IMG/VR virus record: IMGVR_UViG_3300017951_000001
Span: 1-64,000 of that record
Source: a virus
Lineage: Duplodnaviria; Caudoviricetes
Direction: 5' to 3' (one strand)
DNA: 64,000 nt
Position numbers and translations under genes: made by a program. The notes under the pieces were generated by a model. The model was not told the DNA's origin and did not search any database. It worked only from the letters and a program-made list of their open reading frames with translations. Positions 8,769-16,958 of this stretch are shown here, piece by piece (position 1 is the first letter of the stretch; the number at the start of each line of letters is the position of its first letter).

Positions 8769-9555
8769 TGGACGCGAAACCCTTCCACGCCACCCGACGA
8801 AAAAGTTTGATACCCGCGCTGTTTCAGAACTCTGCGGGGGCGTGCTGCACCAAACGGCTGGTGGCGACAGCGCGTATAAATGCGCGTTGTACCACAGCGG
8901 TCCAAACCACGTTTCGGCTGATGGTTGCCCAGGTTTGTTGTATACGTTCTTCATTGAGATGGATGGAACTGTGTATTGGGCACATGACCTCGATAAACGT
9001 ACTTGGTCGCAAGGAGGAAATGGTTCCCCTGTTCCCGGGACGTCTGCCAACGGAAATTTCCTCGCCATTTGCCTCGGCGGGGATTTTGACGGACCCACGC
9101 ATGAAGGGAAAAACGGGCATCCGACTTTCGATCAATTCCATGCTGCGCTTTGTTTGTGGGGGCATTTGACCGGGCGGAGCAAAGACGCCCGCTTACCCGA
9201 CGAACTTTGGCAAGCTGTGCCATGCCCAACGGAATCCCTTTACGGGCATGACTCTTTCGGAAAAGCAAATTGTCCTGGAACGAGCGGAACAACGCTCGTT
9301 AACGCTATCAGGCATCACCTTGTTCTCCCCGAACCCGGAGCAACCGTGTCCGAAGGCGGAACTCGAATCGAAACTGACCGTGATTGGCAACTCGCACTTC
9401 AAAAAGCTGGGTTCAACCCGGGCACTATCGACGGTGTTTGGGGTCGCAATTCCCAGGCTGCTTTTTGCGAGTTTCAACGTTCCCGTTCGAACCTTGCGAA
9501 CGACGGGATCCGAGGGCCGATGTCCAAGAACGAACTCGAAAAGGCGATTCAATGA
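8752..9555 (+). CDS. Endolysin: N-acetylmuramoyl-L-alanine amidase with C-terminal peptidoglycan-binding domain
   Basis: VLHQTA...YTFFIEMDGTV...LAICLGGDF...LYGHDSFGKANCPG; C-terminal WQLALQKAGFNPGTIDGVWGRNSQAA. Confidence 0.85.
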   Translation: MFSFIDGRETLPRHPTKKFDTRAVSELCGGVLHQTAGGDSAYKCALYHSGPNHVSADGCPGLLYTFFIEMDGTVYWAHDLDKRTWSQGGNGSPVPGTSANGNFLAICLGGDFDGPTHEGKNGHPTFDQFHAALCLWGHLTGRSKDARLPDELWQAVPCPTESLYGHDSFGKANCPGTSGTTLVNAIRHHLVLPEPGATVSEGGTRIETDRDWQLALQKAGFNPGTIDGVWGRNSQAAFCEFQRSRSNLANDGIRGPMSKNELEKAIQ

Positions 9556-10664
9556 AAATTCTGGTGACCGGCGCAGCCGGGTTTGTCGGAAGTCACCTCG
9601 TTGATCATCTGCTCGAAGACGGTCACGAGGTTGTGGGTGTCGACAATTTGCTTACGGGCAATGTCGAAAACCTCCGCTCGGCTTCCCGAAATTCGAACTT
9701 CAAATTCTACAAATGCGACCTGACGAAAGTGTTTCCGGATGCGATTGAACGGTTGCCTTGGGGTTCGCATGATTACCACCGGATTTACCATTTGGCTTCG
9801 CCGGCATCGCCGCGCCATTACATGCGAAATAAACTCAATACCATCCGGATTAACTCGGTTGTTACTGATCAATTAGCAACGCATTGGCCTGCCGCCAGGA
9901 TTCTGTTCGCTTCGACGAGCGAAATCTATGGAGACCCGTTGGTTCACCCGCAGCCCGAAACGTATTGGGGCAATGTGAACCCGATTGGGCCTCGCGCATG
10001 CTACGATGAAGCGAAAAGATTGGGGGAAACTATCTTATGCGCGCATCGAGACGATAACAAAGTTGAAATTCGAATTGCTCGCATCTTCAACACTTACGGC
10101 CCGAGGATGGACCGTTACGACGGGAGGATGGTTCCGAACTTCATCACGCAAGCGATTTCAGGAAAACCATTGACAATCCACGGGGGAGGCGAACAAACCC
10201 GGTCATTGTGCTACGTTACCGATACAGTCGAAGCGTTGATAATGGTCATGGAAAGCGAAAGTTCCGAACCGTTCAACATCGGGACCGAAGACGAACGCAC
10301 AGTCAATGGCATGGCCGATGCCATTATCCAAAAAGTTGGAAATGAAAATACCTTTGTCCGGCACCCTCGCATGGTTGACGACCCCCGACAGCGGAAACCA
10401 AACACAATGCGGATTCGAACTGTATTGGGTTGGAATCCGAAGGTTTCATTCGATGTGGGGATTCAGCGGACTATTGAGTGGTTCAAAACGGTGATGGAGC
10501 AAGATAAAGCTCCGATGTTTGTTGTCGACAACCAAGGCAATCGCATCGCCCACGGCACGAAAGACTTCTGCAATGGATTTCTTCACGGTTTAGACCACGC
10601 ATTCCAATGTAAAATGGAAGCGACCGATACTACTGTGGTCTCTGGCCTTTCATTGGTGAAGTAA
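9552..10664 (+). CDS. UDP-glucuronate decarboxylase (UDP-xylose synthase), NAD-dependent epimerase/dehydratase family
   Basis: MKILVTGAAGFVGSHL, YHLASPASP, ASTSEIYGDP, YWGNVNPIGPRACYDEAKR, RIFNTYGPRM, QTRSLCYV, DDPRQRKP are UXS-type motifs. Confidence 0.85.
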   Translation: MKILVTGAAGFVGSHLVDHLLEDGHEVVGVDNLLTGNVENLRSASRNSNFKFYKCDLTKVFPDAIERLPWGSHDYHRIYHLASPASPRHYMRNKLNTIRINSVVTDQLATHWPAARILFASTSEIYGDPLVHPQPETYWGNVNPIGPRACYDEAKRLGETILCAHRDDNKVEIRIARIFNTYGPRMDRYDGRMVPNFITQAISGKPLTIHGGGEQTRSLCYVTDTVEALIMVMESESSEPFNIGTEDERTVNGMADAIIQKVGNENTFVRHPRMVDDPRQRKPNTMRIRTVLGWNPKVSFDVGIQRTIEWFKTVMEQDKAPMFVVDNQGNRIAHGTKDFCNGFLHGLDHAFQCKMEATDTTVVSGLSLVK

Positions 10665-10666
10665 AT

Positions 10667-10960
10667 ATGCCGCTTTATGAGTACCAATGCCTTGTTTGCG
10701 AATCAAACTTTGATCGGTTGGTTCGAAATGCTGACGTTCCGAACCCCATTTGCGACTCGTGCGGGGGAGACACTGAACGGAAAATCAGCGTACCCGCCAT
10801 CATATTCAAGGGTTCCGGTTGGGCGAGCGACGGGTATTCCGGAGGAAGCAGCATCGACGAAGCTCGTTCCGTCATCAACGACATGTGCCGGATGAAAGGC
10901 GTTTCGTCCGATACGTTGGAACGCACCGAAACCAAAGCGCGAGGCGGGTCCGTTGACTGA
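10667..10960 (+). CDS. FmdB-family zinc-ribbon protein
   Basis: MPLYEYQC..C...C..CGG....ISVPAIIFKGSGW. Confidence 0.8.
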   Translation: MPLYEYQCLVCESNFDRLVRNADVPNPICDSCGGDTERKISVPAIIFKGSGWASDGYSGGSSIDEARSVINDMCRMKGVSSDTLERTETKARGGSVD

Positions 10961-11531
10961 TATTGGGCCTGTAAACCATGCTTTGGGAGGGCGGGATCTG
11001 TTAGATCGGTATTACACCCCTGCCCCCGTTGCGCGGGCTTGTGTGGGGTTGTTGCGCATCGCCCCGCGTGCGCGGGTGTTGGAACCATCATCGGGCGGTG
11101 GCGCGTTTCTGGACGCGATTCTCGCGGCTCAACCGACGGCTGTGGTGCGTGCGTTTGATGTTGACCCCAACGCACCGTCGGCTGCGCGGTTCAAGGTCGA
11201 ACGGCAGGACTTCCTCCGGTATCGCCATCGGGGACCGATGTTTGACTGGATTATCGGAAACCCACCGTATTTCGAAGCCGAAGACCATGTGCGTAAAGCT
11301 TTACGCACGGGCAAGAACGTAGCTTTTTTATTGCGGTTGGGGTTTGCTGAATCCCAGGCACGGGTTCCTTTTTGGAAGGGGATTGGCAAATGTTTACGTG
11401 AAGTCCGGGTTTTGGCTTCGCGGCCTTCGTTTACGAATGGCGGAACCGATGCGACGGCGTATGGCTTTTTCATTTGGGCTCACAATCACCGGGGTCCGTC
11501 TCGAATTGTTCCTTGTTGGGATTTCAAATGA
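10953..11531 (+). CDS. Orphan N6-adenine (amino) DNA methyltransferase
   Basis: DRYYTP, VLEPSSGGGAF (motif I), IIGNPPY (motif IV), FLLRLGF, RPSFT...TD...Y..FIW. Confidence 0.8.
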   Translation: MTDIGPVNHALGGRDLLDRYYTPAPVARACVGLLRIAPRARVLEPSSGGGAFLDAILAAQPTAVVRAFDVDPNAPSAARFKVERQDFLRYRHRGPMFDWIIGNPPYFEAEDHVRKALRTGKNVAFLLRLGFAESQARVPFWKGIGKCLREVRVLASRPSFTNGGTDATAYGFFIWAHNHRGPSRIVPCWDFK

Positions 11532-12115
11532 CTCGCACTGAATTATTAAACTTAATTGCTAACTATATTTATGCCGAAACGTACCTTGAAATCGGAGTCC
11601 AACGGGGCGTCAATTTCCAAAAGGTAAACGTCAAACACAAAACGGGTGTAGATCCCGATACGAACTCGGCGGCTACAATCCACAAACCTTCGGATGAATT
11701 TTTCGGTTCGTTATCGAAAACTACTACTTTCGATTTAATCTTTGTGGATGGATTGCACCTTTGCGAACAGGTTATTCGCGATGTTCAACATTCCATCGAA
11801 CACCTTTCCCCTGGTGGGGTGATTGTTTGCCACGACGTCGATCCGCCGACCAAACAAGCGGCTTCGCGAACGCTTTGTTCGGGTGTTTGGTGCGGCGATG
11901 TATGGAAAGCATGGTTGTATTTACGCACGCGGCTTGATGCTGAAATGTTTTGCGTTGACACCGATTTGGGTTGCGGAGTCATCATTCCATCGGGCCGGAA
12001 CAACCGGTCAGATGCTGAACCGGCGAATTGGGAACAATTCCGAGCGAATCGCCGGTCGTTATTGAATTTGGTTCCTACGAACTATGCAATTGAACGGTTT
12101 GCAAACCGCGAGTAA
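11528..12115 (+). CDS. Class I SAM methyltransferase (Methyltransf_24-like, sugar O-methyltransferase type)
   Basis: YLEIGV..G, FDLIFVDGLH..EQV..D, GGVIVCHD, WCGDVWKA. Confidence 0.75.
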   Translation: MTRTELLNLIANYIYAETYLEIGVQRGVNFQKVNVKHKTGVDPDTNSAATIHKPSDEFFGSLSKTTTFDLIFVDGLHLCEQVIRDVQHSIEHLSPGGVIVCHDVDPPTKQAASRTLCSGVWCGDVWKAWLYLRTRLDAEMFCVDTDLGCGVIIPSGRNNRSDAEPANWEQFRANRRSLLNLVPTNYAIERFANRE

Positions 12116-12124
12116 AATCAATGC

Positions 12125-12322
12125 ATGCGACGGTTTTTCGTCTATGCATTTTTTTACTTACTGCTTTTGCTTATCATCTGTTCATTGATGGCAATGGTGG
12201 CTCGCACTTTCCACAACTTCCACCGTTCTTACCGTGATATGCGCCAACATCAAGCGATGTACGACGCAGCCGATTCGTTGATGTCAAACGCAATCCGATC
12301 GTACACATCGGCTAACCGGTAG
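12125..12322 (+). CDS. Small membrane protein
   Basis: Hydrophobic N-terminal FFVYAFFYLLLLLIICSLMAMV. Confidence 0.45.
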   Translation: MRRFFVYAFFYLLLLLIICSLMAMVARTFHNFHRSYRDMRQHQAMYDAADSLMSNAIRSYTSANR

Positions 12323-13914
12323 TGGTCTGCGGCGTTGCCTTCGACCCATCGGATGCGGCTGCGTTCTTCGTCGAGGATTCGGACGGAAGCTCGCATTTGA
12401 TCGGACCACCCAAACACAGTGAACACATCGGAAGGCCATTTCCGATTCCCGTTTCGTATGTCGTCGAACGTTGTATCCATCACCTGCGTTCGGTCGACCG
12501 AAACGACTCGTTCGGTCCAATTTTGCTTCATCCCGTATTTTTGTGAACCAATACGAGGCGTCGGGTGGAACCGGCAGAGCCATACAGCGCATCGGGTCGA
12601 TGTCGTCAACGCGTAATCCCGAAGCTCTTTTGCTTTTCGCGTTTCGGGCATTGCATCGATTACGCACACGTCAACGTGATAGCGTTCGATCATCGATTGA
12701 ACTTCATTGAATGACCTGCATGCGCCGACCCACAACGCCCGCCGGGTAAGGTTTCCGTTGTCGTCGTATTCGGCAGTCGAAATGGAAATATTTAAAATTG
12801 TTCCAACGTCGACTCCCATCGTTATCGTCTGATCCCGGTAGTGTTTTCCGCCGACATAGTCCAAGTCCGGGCCGGTTGCACATTCGAATAACATTTCATA
12901 TGAAATCCGAGCACCCGAATGTTCGAACGGTGCGCCCAAAACTGAAGTGTAAAACGTTGAAAGCTTCGCCGCGTCGGATTGGGCTTCGGTCCATTCGGCG
13001 AACAGCGTTTGATACGATTCATCCAAACAATCCAACCGAGAAATCCAATACCCTCGGCGGGAACGAGTGGGGTGTTGTGCTACCCATGCTCCGGGTTTTG
13101 CTCGCCGGTCGAAGGGTTTATTGCAAAACCGACAAACGGCGCGAGGGTCTTCGTGGTCGTGGCGTTGCGTATCCCGAAGTTGCCATTCCCCTCCGTCCGT
13201 TTTTTGGACGACGTTTTCGAACCAGTCAATCGGTTGCCATTTCGAACAACGCGAGCACCGATGAAACCAACGGCGACAATCCGAGGCATCGTATACTTTT
13301 GAAATGCCGGTGCGAGGCAAAGTCGGGTTACCCAACCGGAACATTTGCGGTGAGTCCGAAGCGCGAAGCCGGTCCCGTGCTTTTGCGAGGTTTTGTGGGT
13401 CGCATTGGTCGTACTCGTCAACGATCAAAGTGTCTGCTGAAAATTCTAGAAAATCTCCAGCGGTGTTCGACCCCAGGAACATGATGGCTCCCGAGCCGAA
13501 TCGCTTCAGTTTCAAGTTCCCCGGTTTGCGATTCGTTCGCCCAGCCGACGTATCAATCCCAGACAACACCCGATACATCGGGACGGATTGCAAAAGCGGG
13601 TTGATGCGCTGTTGAACAAACCGATCTCGGATTGTGTAAGTTGGAAGCACGTATGCGGCGATTCGGGATTGTTGACCAGCCATATGAATAATTAACTGAA
13701 TAAATAATTCGGATAATCCCGTTTGAACTGCTTTCCGAATGTCCGCTCCTTCGAGTTTGGGGAGGTCGCGGTACAGTTCAATCAAGTACGGCCGGTGTTT
13801 GAAGGACATGGGTTTGCCGCGCGTGTTTTGATGCGTCGTAAGCGAAAGCCCAATTAACGGTTCATCGTGAACAATTTGGGAAAGCAAATAGTGGTACGGG
13901 CCTGCGGGGTCCAT
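12250..13914 (-). CDS. terL: Terminase large subunit, lambda GpA-like
   Basis: RKAVQTGLSE Walker A variant, LIVDEYD Walker B, LGNPT motif, CSRC/CRFC zinc ribbon, MGVDVG nuclease Asp, C-terminal ADHYRLADVY. Confidence 0.88.
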   Translation of the reverse strand: MDPAGPYHYLLSQIVHDEPLIGLSLTTHQNTRGKPMSFKHRPYLIELYRDLPKLEGADIRKAVQTGLSELFIQLIIHMAGQQSRIAAYVLPTYTIRDRFVQQRINPLLQSVPMYRVLSGIDTSAGRTNRKPGNLKLKRFGSGAIMFLGSNTAGDFLEFSADTLIVDEYDQCDPQNLAKARDRLRASDSPQMFRLGNPTLPRTGISKVYDASDCRRWFHRCSRCSKWQPIDWFENVVQKTDGGEWQLRDTQRHDHEDPRAVCRFCNKPFDRRAKPGAWVAQHPTRSRRGYWISRLDCLDESYQTLFAEWTEAQSDAAKLSTFYTSVLGAPFEHSGARISYEMLFECATGPDLDYVGGKHYRDQTITMGVDVGTILNISISTAEYDDNGNLTRRALWVGACRSFNEVQSMIERYHVDVCVIDAMPETRKAKELRDYALTTSTRCAVWLCRFHPTPRIGSQKYGMKQNWTERVVSVDRTQVMDTTFDDIRNGNRKWPSDVFTVFGWSDQMRASVRILDEERSRIRWVEGNAADHYRLADVYDRIAFDINESAASYIA

Positions 13915-14108
13915 TTTTCTCCTTCCTAGAAAACTAGGGTAACACGAGCGGGGGGATAGCGTGTAGTGCTAGAAAATGCGGAGGTGGGGTGCTCCAAATA
14001 TGGGCCCTGCGCCCGAAAGCCATGGTAGACCCCCCCTTCTCACGCGGTCCCCGAAAACGACGGTTCAACCCCCACAATATTGAATGCGCACCCCCGTTGG
14101 CACCCCTG

Positions 14109-14160
14109 GCATTGGTTGCCGGCTGCGGGTAGGGGTGTGCGCGATATGCGCAACCAATGC
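14109..14160. other. Candidate cos/packaging cleavage site: 11-bp inverted repeat with 30-bp spacer
   Basis: GCATTGGTTGC (14109-14119) and GCAACCAATGC (14150-14160), about 200 bp upstream of terL, at the edge of the AG/CT-free tract. Confidence 0.35.
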
Positions 14161-14530
14161 GCGTTTGGTTGCACGGCGACGGGCAACGCAACCACCCCGC
14201 GTGCGTGGGATTCAAAAAAACCCCGTTGCGCGGCCGATAATTTTGAACAATGCAACCGCGCAACATGGGCGCAACGTGCGCGGGTTGACCGACCGAACCC
14301 CCGCACCGGTACGGATCCCCATGATCGAACCATTAACGGCGTTAAAACGCGATTTTCACGATCACCCCATTGAGCCCCCGTAAACGGCCCCACAACGGCC
14401 CGCGCGGTTTCCACACCCGAACGTGTGACCGAACCCCGTTCAACGCCCGTACGGTACCGGGAACGGCCGGGAAACACCCGATCCGGCGGGGTTCACCAAC
14501 CCCCGATCCGGGGGCCGAACGGCGGCCACG

Positions 14531-14556
14531 AAAAAACCCCGGGCCGAAACCCGGGG
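14531..14556 (-). terminator. Intrinsic terminator 2 downstream of the 14632 gene
   Basis: CCCCGGG-CCGAAA-CCCGGGG stem, with an A6 run giving a U tract on the minus strand. Confidence 0.7.
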
Positions 14557-14587
14557 CGATATTGCCGATTGTTGGGGTTGAAACGGG

Positions 14588-14615
14588 AAAAACCCCGGGG
14601 CGGCGTGCCCCGGGG
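14588..14615 (-). terminator. Intrinsic terminator 1 downstream of the 14632 gene
   Basis: CCCCGGGG-CGGCGTG-CCCCGGGG stem plus A5 run. Confidence 0.7.
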
Positions 14616-14631
14616 CGGTCCGAACGTGCGG

Positions 14632-15633
14632 TTACACGACACCGGCCGCAACGTCGGCGTCCGACCGGGGATCGTCGGTACCGGCAACGGCCCGCGCGGC
14701 GACCGTGTACCGCCATGTCACGCCGTACGCGCACCCCGGGCACCCGTACCGCCGGGGATCGGCGGGGGCGTTGACATCGTACGCCGCCACCGTTGCCCCG
14801 GGTTGATACGTGCGGCCATTGTCGCCGGTGTCGGCGGGGATCGCGGCCGCGTCCAACACGGCGGCAACGGCGGCCGCAACGGTGGCGACCGAATCGGACA
14901 TCACAACCCACCGGGAACGGGCGGTACGGTACGCGCGGGTTTCGGGCATACGGCGCCCGTTTTCACCGACGATCGCGCGCAATTCGATCATGTTGTCGCG
15001 TCGTTTGGTGTACGTTCCGCCCATAACGCCCATCAAACCCCGGATAACGGACGACACGCGGACATCATCAACCCACACGACAACGGGAACGGGCCCCGCC
15101 GCCGGGGCCGCCGTGGGGGCCGGTGCCGGGGCCGTGGGGGCGTCCACCGTTGCCGCCGGGGCCGTGGGGGCCGGGGCCGTGTCGGTGGCCGTGTCGGTGG
15201 CCGTGGGGGCCGTGGGGGCCGTGTCGGCGACCGGGGCCGGGGCCGGGGCCGGTGCGGTCAACGCCGCACGATCGGCGGCGGCGGCCGCGCGGATCCGGGC
15301 CATGGCGGTCAACGGGTGGTCGGCCGTGTCGTCGGCGGCCGTGTCGTCGGCGGCCGTGTCGTCGGCGGCCGTGTCGGCGGTGTCGGCGGTGTCGGCGGTG
15401 TCGGCGGTGTCGGCCGTGTCGGCCACGGCGGCAACGGCGGCCGCAACCCGGCGGGCCGTTGCGGCGATCGTGCGGGGGTTGGTGTCGGCAACGGCGGCGG
15501 TGATGTCGGCGGCCGTTCCCGTGATCCGGTTGCCATCGATCCCGATCGGGGCACCGGTGTTGATGGTGTGATCGGCGATCGCCCGAACGGCGGCGGCGGT
15601 TGCGGTGATGGTGATGGTGATGGTGTTGGCCAT
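14632..15633 (-). CDS. Low-complexity Ala/Thr/Asp/Pro-rich early protein (333 aa)
   Basis: Start MANTITIT at 15633 after a CAACCACAACC leader; ADT and AADDT tandem repeats; globular-looking C-terminus with CPGC; followed by two terminators. Confidence 0.6.
   Translation of the reverse strand: MANTITITITATAAAVRAIADHTINTGAPIGIDGNRITGTAADITAAVADTNPRTIAATARRVAAAVAAVADTADTADTADTADTADTAADDTAADDTAADDTADHPLTAMARIRAAAAADRAALTAPAPAPAPVADTAPTAPTATDTATDTAPAPTAPAATVDAPTAPAPAPTAAPAAGPVPVVVWVDDVRVSSVIRGLMGVMGGTYTKRRDNMIELRAIVGENGRRMPETRAYRTARSRWVVMSDSVATVAAAVAAVLDAAAIPADTGDNGRTYQPGATVAAYDVNAPADPRRYGCPGCAYGVTWRYTVAARAVAGTDDPRSDADVAAGVV
15325..15422 (+). repeat. In-frame tandem repeats (15-bp GTGTCGTCGGCGGCC x3; 9-bp GTGTCGGCG about x5)
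   Basis: Read directly; encode AADDT and ADT on the minus strand. Confidence 0.85.
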
Positions 15634-16094
15634 GGTGGGGTTCCCCCGGTTGTGGTTGTGGTTGTGGCGCCGACCCACGGCGGGCCGGCACCGATGCAAT
15701 AACGACCACGGGGTTACCGTGCATTATCCGCCGGGAACGCCGATAATGCCCGAAACGGGGGCCGGCGGGGATCGGTTCACATAACAAACGACACGCGTCA
15801 CACCGGGCCGCTGTCGCCGAAAACCGGATTTCAAATAACGTTTTACGCGTAGTCCTCACCCGAAAACCCGAACCCGGGGCAACCGGATCCGGGTTAATCG
15901 GGTCCGATCGTCCAATTGTGGCGGTCAAACCCCGACAAAGCGGCATTCGGTATCCGATTTCCGCCCTGGACCCGATCACAAATGACACGTGATCGTTTCA
16001 CATTTGTCACAAAACGGGGCCACTGAATGCCATTCACTGACGATCGTTGACGATCGGGGTGCAACGGATCGTTGCGATTTTCGGGATCGGCACC

Positions 16095-16958
16095 GGCCGA
16101 AAACCCGGGTTCAATCGTTGGACCGATCGGCCGAAAACGGGGGTTCAATCGTTCGGGACGTTCGGGGGCAACCGGCCGAAAAACGGGGTTCAATCGTTCC
16201 CGGCCACCGGCCGAAAATGGGGGTTCAATCGTAACGGCCGGATCGGCGGGCCGGCCGAAAACCGGGGTTCTAACGTGGAGGGCAAGCAACCGAGAAAGGG
16301 GCTTCAACCGTGAGTCGCTAGCACTGGTATGGCTATTGCAGCGGGTTGCAACAGACATGCCAGCCTAACACTGGTATGGCTATTGCAGCGCTACAAAAGA
16401 CATGCCAGCCTAGCATTGGTATGACTGTTGCAGCGCTACAACAGACGTGCCAAGTCGAGCCTTCTGCACAGAGCATGCCAGGCATGACTGTTGCAGATGC
16501 AGCCATCGGCCGATTCGTGGCGTTCTCCCGTGAGCGGCTGGATCGCACGGTTCAACCCCGCGATCCAGGGATAGGCCGAGATGCCGCGTCGAACCACGGG
16601 AAAGGACGAGCCGCCGAGAAGGGTGGTTGAATGCCGCATGCTGGGCAGCCGGCGAGAACAAGGGTTCAACCACGGGAATAAGCCAACCGGCGAGAAGGGG
16701 GGTCTCACGCGGCTTGCCAGCCGATCGGCGAGAAAGGGGGTTGCACCGGGTTGCTCGGGCAGCCGGCGAGAAGGCGGGAAGACCCCCGACAACCAGCCGA
16801 TCGCCGAGAAGGGGGGTCTGACCGTGCATCTCGGGCAGTCGCCGAGAAGGGGGGTTCTACCGGGATCCCACCAGAAGGGGGGTTCTACCGGCACTTCGTC
16901 GAGAAGGGGGGTTCTACCGTGCATCTCGGCGACTGCGCGAAAACAAGGGTTCTACCGT
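16095..16958 (+). repeat. Dispersed direct-repeat family, about 15 copies of a 22-25 bp motif with 35-45 bp period
   Basis: Left copies GGCCGAAAA-N-GGGGTTCAATCGT at 16095, 16129, 16174, 16209, 16253; right copies GCCGAGAAGGGGGTTCTACCG-like from about 16290 to 16958. Confidence 0.85.
16324..16453. repeat. Three tandem 38-40 bp imperfect palindromes, period 45-47 bp
   Basis: e.g. TTGGTATGACTGTTGCAGCGCTACAACAGACGTGCCAA (16416-16453); copies at 16324 and 16371; partial fourth copy near 16475. Confidence 0.85.
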
